DNA from: Verrucomicrobiota bacterium | GTDB lineage: Bacteria > Verrucomicrobiota > Lentisphaeria > Lentisphaerales > Lentisphaeraceae | NCBI GenBank assembly: GCA_039798785.1 | Contig: JBDKFG010000068.1 | Span: forward strand, 1 to 27,216 | DNA: 27,216 nt | Direction of reading: 5' to 3' | Part shown: piece by piece, positions 9,287-17,754 of the stretch | How the letters are laid out: every line of letters starts with the position of its first letter | Numbering within the stretch: the first letter of the stretch is position 1 | Position numbers and translations under genes: made by a program | The notes under the pieces: generated by a model | Seen by the model: only the letters and a program-made list of their open reading frames with translations | What the model was told of the DNA's origin: nothing | The model's database searches: none

Positions 9287-9985
9287 ATGATCCAGCCCGG
9301 CCATTACTTCCTCAATCCCCGCAAATTGAGCTGGAGCGAGATCCTGCGCCTGTCGGGCTGGCTCCTTCCCTTCGGCATCCTCTACAAGCTCGCCGGCCAA
9401 GCCAGTGACCTCACTTGGCTGCCGGAACTCTGCCGTGACAACCCGGTCCGGCCGGAAGAGCTCGATCCGGAAGTTCGCGCCGCCCTCGTGCCCCACGTCG
9501 ACTTTCTCGTCGCCAAGGGCTTCACGGTCGCCGCCTGGAAGACCGCGGATCCCCGCAACTTTTCCCGCAGCAATGAGACCGACGGCGCCTGCTGCCTGCT
9601 CTGGAAGGGGCAGACCGGCGCCTTCCTCGGCTACGCCGCCAGCCGCAACCGCCAACAGCCCGCGGTCAAGATGAAAAACACTGTATTCGCCCTGATCACC
9701 CACCGCCGTGACGGCAGCGCACTGGCGACTACCGACTTCGCCAAGGGTCTCGATCCGCATCCCGATGACGAAGTGATGATCCTTCGCGCCCCTTTGGCGC
9801 GGCTTCTCGAGGAGCACCAGCGCCGGAGCCAGCGTCTAGGAGAGAGGGCGCTCAGCTTCGGCAGCGCCGATGCCTTTCTCGACCAGGTCGACAGTCACAA
9901 CGCCAAAGTCTTCGCCTGGCGCATCTCCAAGGGGCTCTACCTCCCTGCTGATTCCCGCGCCTGGCCGGAGATCGAGGACCTGTGA
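9287..9985 (+). CDS. Hypothetical protein, probably membrane-associated
   Basis: 232 aa; GAGGAG Shine-Dalgarno; short hydrophobic segment near the N-terminus; host-like codon usage; no family recognised. Confidence 0.7.
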   Translation: MIQPGHYFLNPRKLSWSEILRLSGWLLPFGILYKLAGQASDLTWLPELCRDNPVRPEELDPEVRAALVPHVDFLVAKGFTVAAWKTADPRNFSRSNETDGACCLLWKGQTGAFLGYAASRNRQQPAVKMKNTVFALITHRRDGSALATTDFAKGLDPHPDDEVMILRAPLARLLEEHQRRSQRLGERALSFGSADAFLDQVDSHNAKVFAWRISKGLYLPADSRAWPEIEDL

Positions 9986-10064
9986 TCCTGTCTGATTTAG
10001 CCAGAAGCCGGCCGCTTCCCGGACTGATCCTGCCCGCTTCTTTTTCCGAGGCTAGATTGCGGTC

Positions 10065-10673
10065 ATGAAAAATGACTCGCTCCCCGGCCTCCCCGCCAGC
10101 TACACCGCCATCGATTTCGAGACTGCCAACGAGCGCGAACGGGCGAGCGCCTGCGCCGTCGCCGTCGTCCGCATCGAGGACGGCCGCCTCGCCGCCAAGA
10201 GGAACTGGCTCATCAAGCCCGCGACCCGCTTCTCTGAAGCCTGCATCGCCGTCCATGGCATCCGCCCTGAAGCCGTGGCGCGAGCTCCGAGCTTCGCCGA
10301 GGTGTGGCAGGACGGCTTGTCCGAATTCATCAAGCCCGACACTTACCTGATCGCCCATAACATGGCATTCGACCACTCCGTCCTGCTGGCCTCCCTGGCG
10401 CACAGCTGTCTCGCCGTGCCAGGCTATCGTCGCAATTGCACATATCAGCTCAGCCGCAAGCTCCAGCCCGGCCTGTCCTCCTACAGACTGCCCTTTGTCG
10501 CCTCCCACTTCCGGCTGCCGGTCTTTCAGCACCACGATGCCGAGGCCGACGCTCTCTCCTGCGCCCGGATCATGTACCGGCTGCGCCAGATCCCCGTCGA
10601 CGACGTCAAGCTTCTCCAGCGCATCCAGCCGAAAGCGCTGAAGGCCTCGGAACTGGCGAAGTACGGCAGGTGA
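10065..10673 (+). CDS. DEDDh 3'-5' exonuclease (DNA polymerase III epsilon-like)
   Basis: ExoI AIDFETAN, ExoII AHNMAFD and ExoIII HHDAEADA motifs. Confidence 0.9.
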   Translation: MKNDSLPGLPASYTAIDFETANERERASACAVAVVRIEDGRLAAKRNWLIKPATRFSEACIAVHGIRPEAVARAPSFAEVWQDGLSEFIKPDTYLIAHNMAFDHSVLLASLAHSCLAVPGYRRNCTYQLSRKLQPGLSSYRLPFVASHFRLPVFQHHDAEADALSCARIMYRLRQIPVDDVKLLQRIQPKALKASELAKYGR

Positions 10674-10796
10674 CAAGCGTCCCATCGTCTCAAGCCTCCC
10701 TGTCGAGCGGCAAACGCAAAGAAAAAATTTGCTTTCCGCCGGCGCCGGCACTAGGCTGTCGTCGCTGACTTTAGCAAACCCAAAGGAGCCTTGACT

Positions 10797-11993
10797 GTGA
10801 AACCCGTGATCGCCGCCCTGCTTATTCTGCACCTCTGCCTGACCTTGTTTGCCGCCGACACCCCGAGCACTCCGGGCACCCATAAAAAACAGAATTGCGC
10901 CGTCGCCGGCCAGACCTTCGACCTCTATCTGCCCAAGTCCTATGCCGACAAGCCGGAGAAGAAATTCCCTTCGCTCTACATTTCCGCGCCGCACAAGAAC
11001 CCGGGATTCCGCAAGCTGACCGACTGGGCCGAAAAGCACGAAGTGGTGTTGATCACCATCAACGAATCTGAAAACGGCGATTGGGCGCCGATCCTGAAAG
11101 CCCAGGATGCAGTCTGGGAGGCCACCGCCTACCTCCGCCTCCATCCGAACCTGCATTTCAGCATGGGCTTCTCCGGTGGTGCCGCCGCCAGCCTCGAGCT
11201 GGCGAAGCGCAAAGGCAAAAACTTCGCCGGCTGTGTCCTCCACTGCCACAGCGGCAACACCCAGGGAGTGCCGCGCCACCTCGCTCTCGGCTTCATTTCG
11301 GGGGAGAAAGACAGCACCCACCCCGCCAGCGCCGTCCGCGGCAGCGTCTCCGCCACCGAGAAGTCCAACTTCGTCCAAAGCCATTTCTTTCCCGACGGCG
11401 GCCACAGCTGGTACGACGGCGCCGTCCAGGAGGAATTCCTCAGCAACATGCTGCTCTACGCCACCCTCACCCACCCGGGCCTTGACAAGAAGGAGAAGAA
11501 GGCGAACCTCGACGCCTTCGCCCAGCAGCTCGCCGCCCTTGATGACAAGACCAGCGCCGCCGAACGTCTCGCCTTGGTCTCGCCGATGATCTCCTGCGAG
11601 GATCTGCGCAAGGAGGCGGTGTGGTCGAAAGCCGTCGACGTCTGGTGCGCCGCCAAGGCGGAGATGATCGCTGCCGCCGGCAACGGCCTCGACGCCTACA
11701 AGATGATCGTCGACGAAAAGACCGCAGCACGCCTGAAGATGGCGAAAAGCTCCAAGCCCGCCGTCGACAAGGCGGTCAAGGCGGTCCTCTCCAATCCCGA
11801 ACTGCGCAAGGAGATCGCCGCCTACACCGCCTACGCCGCCATAGCCGACAAGGAGGCCAAGCAGCGCGAAAAGCGCAAAGTCGACGCCCCCGATTTGATC
11901 AAGCGTTACACCAAGCACTCCGAAGCCAACGCCGGCACCTGGGCGGCCGAGCTCGCCCAGGCGGCGGTCGAACGCTTGAAAAAGAAGGCCTGA
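10797..11993 (+). CDS. Exported alpha/beta-hydrolase (esterase-like) with a helical C-terminal domain
   Basis: GTG 10797 lies 8 nt after AAAGGAG, better spaced than TTG 10791. Signal peptide, GFSGG nucleophile elbow, SGEKD and GGH complete a Ser-Asp-His triad; the tail is Ala/Lys-rich and helical. Confidence 0.75.
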   Translation: MKPVIAALLILHLCLTLFAADTPSTPGTHKKQNCAVAGQTFDLYLPKSYADKPEKKFPSLYISAPHKNPGFRKLTDWAEKHEVVLITINESENGDWAPILKAQDAVWEATAYLRLHPNLHFSMGFSGGAAASLELAKRKGKNFAGCVLHCHSGNTQGVPRHLALGFISGEKDSTHPASAVRGSVSATEKSNFVQSHFFPDGGHSWYDGAVQEEFLSNMLLYATLTHPGLDKKEKKANLDAFAQQLAALDDKTSAAERLALVSPMISCEDLRKEAVWSKAVDVWCAAKAEMIAAAGNGLDAYKMIVDEKTAARLKMAKSSKPAVDKAVKAVLSNPELRKEIAAYTAYAAIADKEAKQREKRKVDAPDLIKRYTKHSEANAGTWAAELAQAAVERLKKKA

Positions 11994-12019
11994 AACGCCT
12001 GAAACCTGAAGGTGCGAAA

Positions 12020-12053
12020 AAGCCGGCGGAGCGATCCCTGCCGGCTTCTCTCT
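12020..12053. terminator. Hairpin terminator after the alpha/beta-hydrolase
   Basis: AAGCCGGC...GCCGGCTT stem enclosing GGA-GCGA-TCC, flanked by an A run and TTCTCTCT. Confidence 0.65.
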
Positions 12054-12140
12054 GCGTTTGAAATCTCCCCAGTCATGTAACCTGTCCAGGTACTCACTTC
12101 ATAACCAAATGGAGAAAAAACCCCATTTAAGGAGAGGCTC

Positions 12141-15100
12141 ATGATTCGCCGCGCCAGCTGCCTGTTGTTCTGCCTGCTCAGCCTTGGCGCTTCGGCGCAA
12201 AGCGCCACCGCCCCGTCCGAAGGCAGCCCCTTCGACCTCGAGGCCTGGAAGGCGAAATACGGCCAGCCCTGGGCGCTGCGGGACTGGATGAAGCACAATC
12301 CCGGGCCCCACCGCAGCTACTTCGGCAGCGGCAGCGACGGCGTCGCCCGCGGCTGGTGGATCAGCCTCGGCCCCCTCGGCGTCACCACCCGCATGCACGA
12401 CCGCAGCTGGTCCTCCTTCGCAGGCTTCCAGAAGCTCTTCCCCGCTCCCCTCTGCGACGGCGGGCAGCTGATCTACAACTGCTACCAGGTCGAGGCGGTC
12501 AAGCCCGGCGCCCCCGCGCAGGGCCTGCTGCAGAAGGGCGACCTGATCCTCGGCTTCGACGGCCAGCTCCTCCAGTGCGCCCAGAACACCTACCTCGGCC
12601 GCCCCCTCGAGACCCAGGAGGCCCGCGGCCTCGACATCCACGCCGGCCTCCTCCTCGACGCCGCCGAGGGACGCGGCTTCACCACCGCCACCGTGCTGCG
12701 CCTGCCGCCAAACCCTGCTCCCGAAATTCTCGGCGCCTTGAAGGGCGGCCGCAAGTTCAGCCCCGTCCCCCTGCCCGCCGGCAGCCAGGACATCCCCCTG
12801 CCCGCCGGCACCGACAAGATCGAGGTGCGCTGCCGCAGCGGCTTCTGGCTCCGCGGCGAAGGCGGCCTGTGGCACGACCTCAACGCCGTGCTGAAGCGGC
12901 GCGAGAAGATCGAGGGAGGCCTCGAAGTCCCTCCCGGCCGCTGGGTGCTCCACGTCGAATCGGCCGAGGGGCTCAAGGGCCTGAGCGTTGCGGCTTCGGT
13001 CCGGCCGCCCCTGCCCGCGGCGCTCAAGCCCTACCTCCGGGAGATCCGCATCCCGCTGCCGCGCATCGGCAGCTTCGGCATGCCCGCGGACATCCACGGC
13101 GACAAGATGCGCAACATGGCCGACCTGATGGCCGCCCGCCTCGCGGCGCAGCAGTCGCCCGACGGCTCCTGGCAGGCCCCCGGCTACGGCGGCGAGGTCT
13201 TCCCCTCGGCCATCTCCGGCCTCGCCCTGCTCTCCACCGGCGACCGCCGCTACGAGGCGCAGATCCGCAAGTGCGCCCATTACTGCGCCTACACCGCCCC
13301 GGCGGACAGCTGGAGCTACATCCAGGGCACCCGCCTGCTCTTCCTCGCCGAATACTACCTCCGCAGCCGCGACCCGCAGATCCTCCCCGGCCTGCGCAAG
13401 GTCGTCGCCGAGACCCGCCGCTACGTCCTCGCCGACTACACCTCCGGCCACGGCATCGGCGCCCCCGGCTACGGCGGCAGCGGCTACATCGGCGGCGGCG
13501 GCATGATCGCCCTCGGCTTCGCCGCCGCCAGCCACACCCCGGCGATGGACGCCGCCGACAAGGCCCTCCTCGACAACATGCTGATGCGGGTGCAGGAGAT
13601 CGCCCCCGGCGGCAAGGTCTTCTACGGCCGCAGCGGCAAGAAGGAGAAGGACACCCAGGAGGGGCACTCCGGCTCCTGCGGCACCGGCCCCTACTTCCTC
13701 GCCTCCCTCATCCGCGGCGGCTCCGCCAACTTCGTCGCCAAGGCCCGCGAACGCTACTCCCGCGGCCCCTACGGCGACATCGACACCGGCCACGCCACCC
13801 AGACGATCCACTTCACCATGGGCATGCTCGCCCTCGCCTCCTGCGGCGACCAGGTCTACCGCGAGGCGCTGTCCTCGGTCACCTGGTACCTCACCCTGAT
13901 GCGCGACTACGACGGCAGCGGCAACCAGAACAACTACCGCGTCGAATACCACAACGGCGACGGCGTCATCGGCGTCCCCTACTGGCGCACCGCCGGCATG
14001 ATCCTCGCCTGCAACGCCCTCAAGCGCAACCTCGCCACCACCGGCCTGCCCGCCGCCCGCACCGCCCTGCCCAAGGACTCGCCCCAGCTCTACCACATGG
14101 ACGCCGGCCTGCGCCGCGTCCTCCTCGGCAACTGGGATCTCGTCGACGCCTGCCTCGGCCAGGCCGCCGGCCCCGCCTTCCGCCAGGCCCGCCGCGAACT
14201 CGCCGCGATGCACCCCGACAAGGACTTCGCCAAGACCTTCCACGCCTTCGTCACCGCCGGCAGCGGCCGCGCCGCCCTCGCCGAGGTGCTGAAGCAGCCC
14301 TCGCCCGCCCCCGAGGTCGCCCCCGGCCAGCTCGCCGAGCTGATGCTCGGGATCTCCTTCATCGCCGAATACGCCCCCGACCTCGAGCCCGAGGACGAGG
14401 AGGAGGGCGCCGGCGCCGACCGGGCCGAGGACGGCGGCAAGAAGGCCCCCAAGGCGGACAAGAAAAGCCGCAAGCAGGAGCAGAAGCGCATCCGCGCCCT
14501 GCTCGCCTCCGGCCAGGTGGTCGAGCTCGACTACCAGCTGCGCCTCGCCGCCGGCGGCCTCCGCCGCCTCAACCCCCGCTTCGCCGAACTCAGCCCCCTG
14601 CCCCTCGAGGGCCTCCGCGTCGCCATCTCCGGCCTCGGCGCCGACTCGCCCCTCAAGCAGCGCCTCACCTGGAACGGCGGCGCCGAGGGCCGCATCGACG
14701 AGTTCCGCCACACCCTGAAGATGAAGAGCGACGCCCGCCCCTCCTTCTCCCTCGACATCGCCTACCGCGTCGCCGGCCTCGACATCGCCTACCGCGCCCG
14801 CCTCGACGGCCCGACGCTGCAGTCGCGCGAGTACCACCCCGCCCTCGTCCAGATCCCCGTCACCGGCGAGACGGTCGAGGACTTCGACGGCCAGTACGCC
14901 CTCTTCGTCCGCCTCGCCAACGGCAGCCTCCTCCCCTGCGAGAACCGGATGGGCAAGAACGCCTACGGCGGCACGCCGCGCGACTTCCTCCCCGCCGGCG
15001 CCGCCACCCGCTTCCTGATCTCCCCCGACACCCTCTGGGGCCACGACGTGCGCAGCTACAGCCTGGCCGACACCCGCGCCCGCCTCCTCCCCTACGCCAG

Positions 15101-15455
15101 CCCCGGCCGCGACAGCGCCGTCCTGGTCGACCGCCAGGCCGCCACCGGCCTCGACATCGGCGCCGAGGAGACCGTCCTGGAGCTGCACCTGCCGCAGGCC
15201 GCGGAGATCCCCGCCGCCTACCTGCAATGGAGCGGCGGCGCCCGCAGCTGCCGCTTCGAAAGCCAGCTCGCCGACGGCTCCTGGGAGCTCCTCCAGCGCA
15301 GCGACAAGAACGCCTACCTCCCCCTTCCCGCCAGGCCCCTGCGCCAGCTCCGCCTGGTGATCGACAAGGGCAGCCCCTGCCGCCTCGCCGAGCTGCTCCT
15401 CCTCGCCCCCGCGGCCCGCCGCCCCCTCGCCCCCCTCAACGCCGGCCAGCCCTGA
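12141..15455 (+). CDS. Large exported DUF6288-like protein (PDZ-like domain, alpha/alpha-barrel-like core, C-terminal beta-sandwich)
   Basis: AAGGAG Shine-Dalgarno and signal peptide. LGPLG and V.AVKPGAPAQGLLQKGDLILG.DG are PDZ-like; QSPDGSW, GLALLSTG, FLAEYYL and GHG...GYG match my recollection of PVC DUF6288 proteins. Confidence 0.7.
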   Translation: MIRRASCLLFCLLSLGASAQSATAPSEGSPFDLEAWKAKYGQPWALRDWMKHNPGPHRSYFGSGSDGVARGWWISLGPLGVTTRMHDRSWSSFAGFQKLFPAPLCDGGQLIYNCYQVEAVKPGAPAQGLLQKGDLILGFDGQLLQCAQNTYLGRPLETQEARGLDIHAGLLLDAAEGRGFTTATVLRLPPNPAPEILGALKGGRKFSPVPLPAGSQDIPLPAGTDKIEVRCRSGFWLRGEGGLWHDLNAVLKRREKIEGGLEVPPGRWVLHVESAEGLKGLSVAASVRPPLPAALKPYLREIRIPLPRIGSFGMPADIHGDKMRNMADLMAARLAAQQSPDGSWQAPGYGGEVFPSAISGLALLSTGDRRYEAQIRKCAHYCAYTAPADSWSYIQGTRLLFLAEYYLRSRDPQILPGLRKVVAETRRYVLADYTSGHGIGAPGYGGSGYIGGGGMIALGFAAASHTPAMDAADKALLDNMLMRVQEIAPGGKVFYGRSGKKEKDTQEGHSGSCGTGPYFLASLIRGGSANFVAKARERYSRGPYGDIDTGHATQTIHFTMGMLALASCGDQVYREALSSVTWYLTLMRDYDGSGNQNNYRVEYHNGDGVIGVPYWRTAGMILACNALKRNLATTGLPAARTALPKDSPQLYHMDAGLRRVLLGNWDLVDACLGQAAGPAFRQARRELAAMHPDKDFAKTFHAFVTAGSGRAALAEVLKQPSPAPEVAPGQLAELMLGISFIAEYAPDLEPEDEEEGAGADRAEDGGKKAPKADKKSRKQEQKRIRALLASGQVVELDYQLRLAAGGLRRLNPRFAELSPLPLEGLRVAISGLGADSPLKQRLTWNGGAEGRIDEFRHTLKMKSDARPSFSLDIAYRVAGLDIAYRARLDGPTLQSREYHPALVQIPVTGETVEDFDGQYALFVRLANGSLLPCENRMGKNAYGGTPRDFLPAGAATRFLISPDTLWGHDVRSYSLADTRARLLPYASPGRDSAVLVDRQAATGLDIGAEETVLELHLPQAAEIPAAYLQWSGGARSCRFESQLADGSWELLQRSDKNAYLPLPARPLRQLRLVIDKGSPCRLAELLLLAPAARRPLAPLNAGQP
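14750..14796 (+). repeat. In-frame direct repeat, 20 nt with a 27-nt period (LDIAYR x2)
   Basis: CCTCGACATCGCCTACCGCG occurs at 14750-14769 and 14777-14796. Confidence 0.9.
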
Positions 15456-15483
15456 GCGCCGCCAGCCATCCCGGAGTCGCCCG

Positions 15484-17736
15484 ATGATCCTCGCCGCCGC
15501 CCTCCTCCTGCTGCAAGCGCAGCCCGCCGCCCCTTCCCCGACCGCCGCCGAGCCCGCCTCCGGCGTGCTCTGGTACCAGCAGCCGGCCCAGCCCAAGAAG
15601 TGGTCCTCGGAGGCCCTGCCGATCGGCAACGGCCGCCTCGGCGCGATGCTCTTCGGCGGCGTCCAGGAGGAGATCATCCAGTTCAACGAGCAGAGCCTCT
15701 GGGCCGGCGGCGACAACTGGTGCGGCAAGAACTCCAAGGCCGATCCCGAGCTCGGCTTCGGCCGCTATCAGGATTTCGGCGAGATCCGCATCGCCTGGGA
15801 CGGCCTGCCGGCGGCGCCGCCCGCCGGCTACCGCCGCAAGCTCGAGCTCGCTTCGGGGATCGCCTCCAGCAGCTTCCGCCACCAGGAGGTGGACTACCGC
15901 CGCGAAGCCTTTGCCTCGCGTCCCGCCCAGGTGCTGGCCTTCCATTACGGCGCCAGCAAGCCGGGCTCGCTCTCCGGCCGCATCCGCCTCGTCGACGCCC
16001 ACCAGGCCCGGCCGTTGGCCGCCGGCCCGTCGCTCTCCTGCTCCGGCAGCCTCAAGAACGGCCTCGCCTACGCCGCCCGCCTGCACGCCCTGCCCCGCGG
16101 CGGCAGCCTGCGGGTCGACGGCGACGAGCTGGTCTTCAGCGGCTGCGACGAGCTGACGCTGCTCCTCGACGCCCGCACCAGCTACGCCCCGGTGTACCCG
16201 AAGTGGCGCGGCGACGACCCGGGGCCGCGCCTCGAGGCGACCCTCCGGGCGGCCGCCGCGCAAAGCTACCCCGAGCTCCGCCAAGCCCACCGCCGCGACC
16301 TCGCGGCGCTCCTCGGCTCCGTCAGCCTCGATCTCGGCAGCAGCGCCCCGGAGCTCGCCGCCCTGCCCACCGACCGCCGCCTCGAACGGCAGAAGCAGGA
16401 CTCCCCCGCCGACCCCGACCTCCAGGAGACCCTCTTCCAGTACGGCCGCTACCTCCTCGCCTCCTCCTCCCGCCCCGGCGGCCTGCCGGCCAACCTCCAG
16501 GGCCTGTGGAACGACTCCAACGAACCCCGCTGGTGCAGCGACTACCACAACAACATCAACGTCCAGATGAACTACTGGTCGGCCGAAGCCGCCGGCCTCG
16601 GCGAGTGCGTCGTCCCCCTGCTCGACTTCGTCAGCGCCCAGGCCCCGGCGATGCGCGAACACTCGAAGAAGGAATTCGGCCCCGCCACCGTCGGCTGGAC
16701 CGCCCGCACCATGCAAAACCCCTTCGGCGGCTGCGGCTTCGAATGGAACATGGGGGCCTCCGCCTGGTACATGCGCTTCTTCTACGAACGCTGGATGTAC
16801 GGCCAGGACCGCGCCTTCCTCGCCCAGGCCTACCCGCAGGTCAAGGAGATCTGCCAGTTCTGGGAGAAGCGCCTCAAGGCCGGCCCCGACGGCAAGCTCC
16901 TCGTCCCCGACGGCTGGTCGCCGGAACACGGTCCCCACGAGGACGGCGTCGCCCACGACCAGCAGCTGGTCTGGGACCTGTTCCAGAACTACCTCGAGAT
17001 GGCCCGCGCCGCCAATCTCGACCCGGAATACCAGAAGACCGTGGCCTCGCTCCAGGCACGCCTCGCCCCCGACAAGATCGGCAAGTGGGGCCAGCTGCAG
17101 GAATGGCAGGTCGACCGCGACAGGCCCGACGACACCCACCGCCACACCTCGCACCTCTTCGCCGTCTTCCCCGGCCGCCAGATCAGCCCCGCCGCCACGC
17201 CCGAGCTCGCCGCCGCCGCCCTGCTCTCCCTCCGCGCCCGCTGCAACGACCACGAGACCGCTTACGGCGGCCTCCCCGCCAGCGGCAAGCCCTTCGATGT
17301 CGACACCGTCAAGGGCGACTCCCGCCGCTCCTGGACCTGGCCCTGGCGCGCCAACCTCTTCGCCCGCCTCGGCGACGGCGACAAGGCCGAGATCTGCATC
17401 CGCGGCCTGCTGCGCCACAACATGTTCCCCAACCTCTTCGCGGTCCACCCGCCCTTCCAGATGGACGGCAACTTCGGCGTCACCGGCGCCTTCACCGAGA
17501 TGCTGCTGCAGTCGCACGCCGGCGAGATCCACCTCCTCCCCGCCCTGCCCAAGGCCTGGCCGACGGGCTCGGCCCGCGGCCTCCGCGCCCGCGGCGGCTA
17601 TCGCGTCGACCTGAGCTGGAAGGACGGCCAGCTGAGCAGCTACACCATCACCGCCGATCTCGCCCTGGACAAATCCGCACCGGTCAAGGTCCGCATCGGT
17701 TCCCGCATCGAGTCGATCCAGCCGCGTCTCCCTTGA
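15484..17736 (+). CDS. GH95 alpha-L-fucosidase-like glycoside hydrolase
   Basis: ALPIGNGRLGAM, FQYGRYLL.SSS, NLQGLWN, DYHNNINVQMNYW, SPEHG, QLQEW, HRHTSHL and PPFQMDGNFG motifs; signal peptide. Confidence 0.93.
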   Translation: MILAAALLLLQAQPAAPSPTAAEPASGVLWYQQPAQPKKWSSEALPIGNGRLGAMLFGGVQEEIIQFNEQSLWAGGDNWCGKNSKADPELGFGRYQDFGEIRIAWDGLPAAPPAGYRRKLELASGIASSSFRHQEVDYRREAFASRPAQVLAFHYGASKPGSLSGRIRLVDAHQARPLAAGPSLSCSGSLKNGLAYAARLHALPRGGSLRVDGDELVFSGCDELTLLLDARTSYAPVYPKWRGDDPGPRLEATLRAAAAQSYPELRQAHRRDLAALLGSVSLDLGSSAPELAALPTDRRLERQKQDSPADPDLQETLFQYGRYLLASSSRPGGLPANLQGLWNDSNEPRWCSDYHNNINVQMNYWSAEAAGLGECVVPLLDFVSAQAPAMREHSKKEFGPATVGWTARTMQNPFGGCGFEWNMGASAWYMRFFYERWMYGQDRAFLAQAYPQVKEICQFWEKRLKAGPDGKLLVPDGWSPEHGPHEDGVAHDQQLVWDLFQNYLEMARAANLDPEYQKTVASLQARLAPDKIGKWGQLQEWQVDRDRPDDTHRHTSHLFAVFPGRQISPAATPELAAAALLSLRARCNDHETAYGGLPASGKPFDVDTVKGDSRRSWTWPWRANLFARLGDGDKAEICIRGLLRHNMFPNLFAVHPPFQMDGNFGVTGAFTEMLLQSHAGEIHLLPALPKAWPTGSARGLRARGGYRVDLSWKDGQLSSYTITADLALDKSAPVKVRIGSRIESIQPRLP

Positions 17737-17754
17737 ACCTCGGAGTTACCCCTC

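Noticed and set aside
10065..10673. DEDDh exonuclease as part of a defence or CRISPR system
   Set aside because: No cas, RT, nuclease partner or array nearby; it looks like a stand-alone epsilon-like exonuclease.
10738..10749. GCCGGCGCCGGC palindrome
   Set aside because: All-GC palindromes are expected by chance at this base composition.
12099..15737. 1212-aa minus ORF and 1043-aa alternative + frame ORF (12356..15487)
   Set aside because: Shadows of the very GC-rich DUF6288-like gene, with G/A/V-rich or R/P-rich composition typical of off-frame reading.
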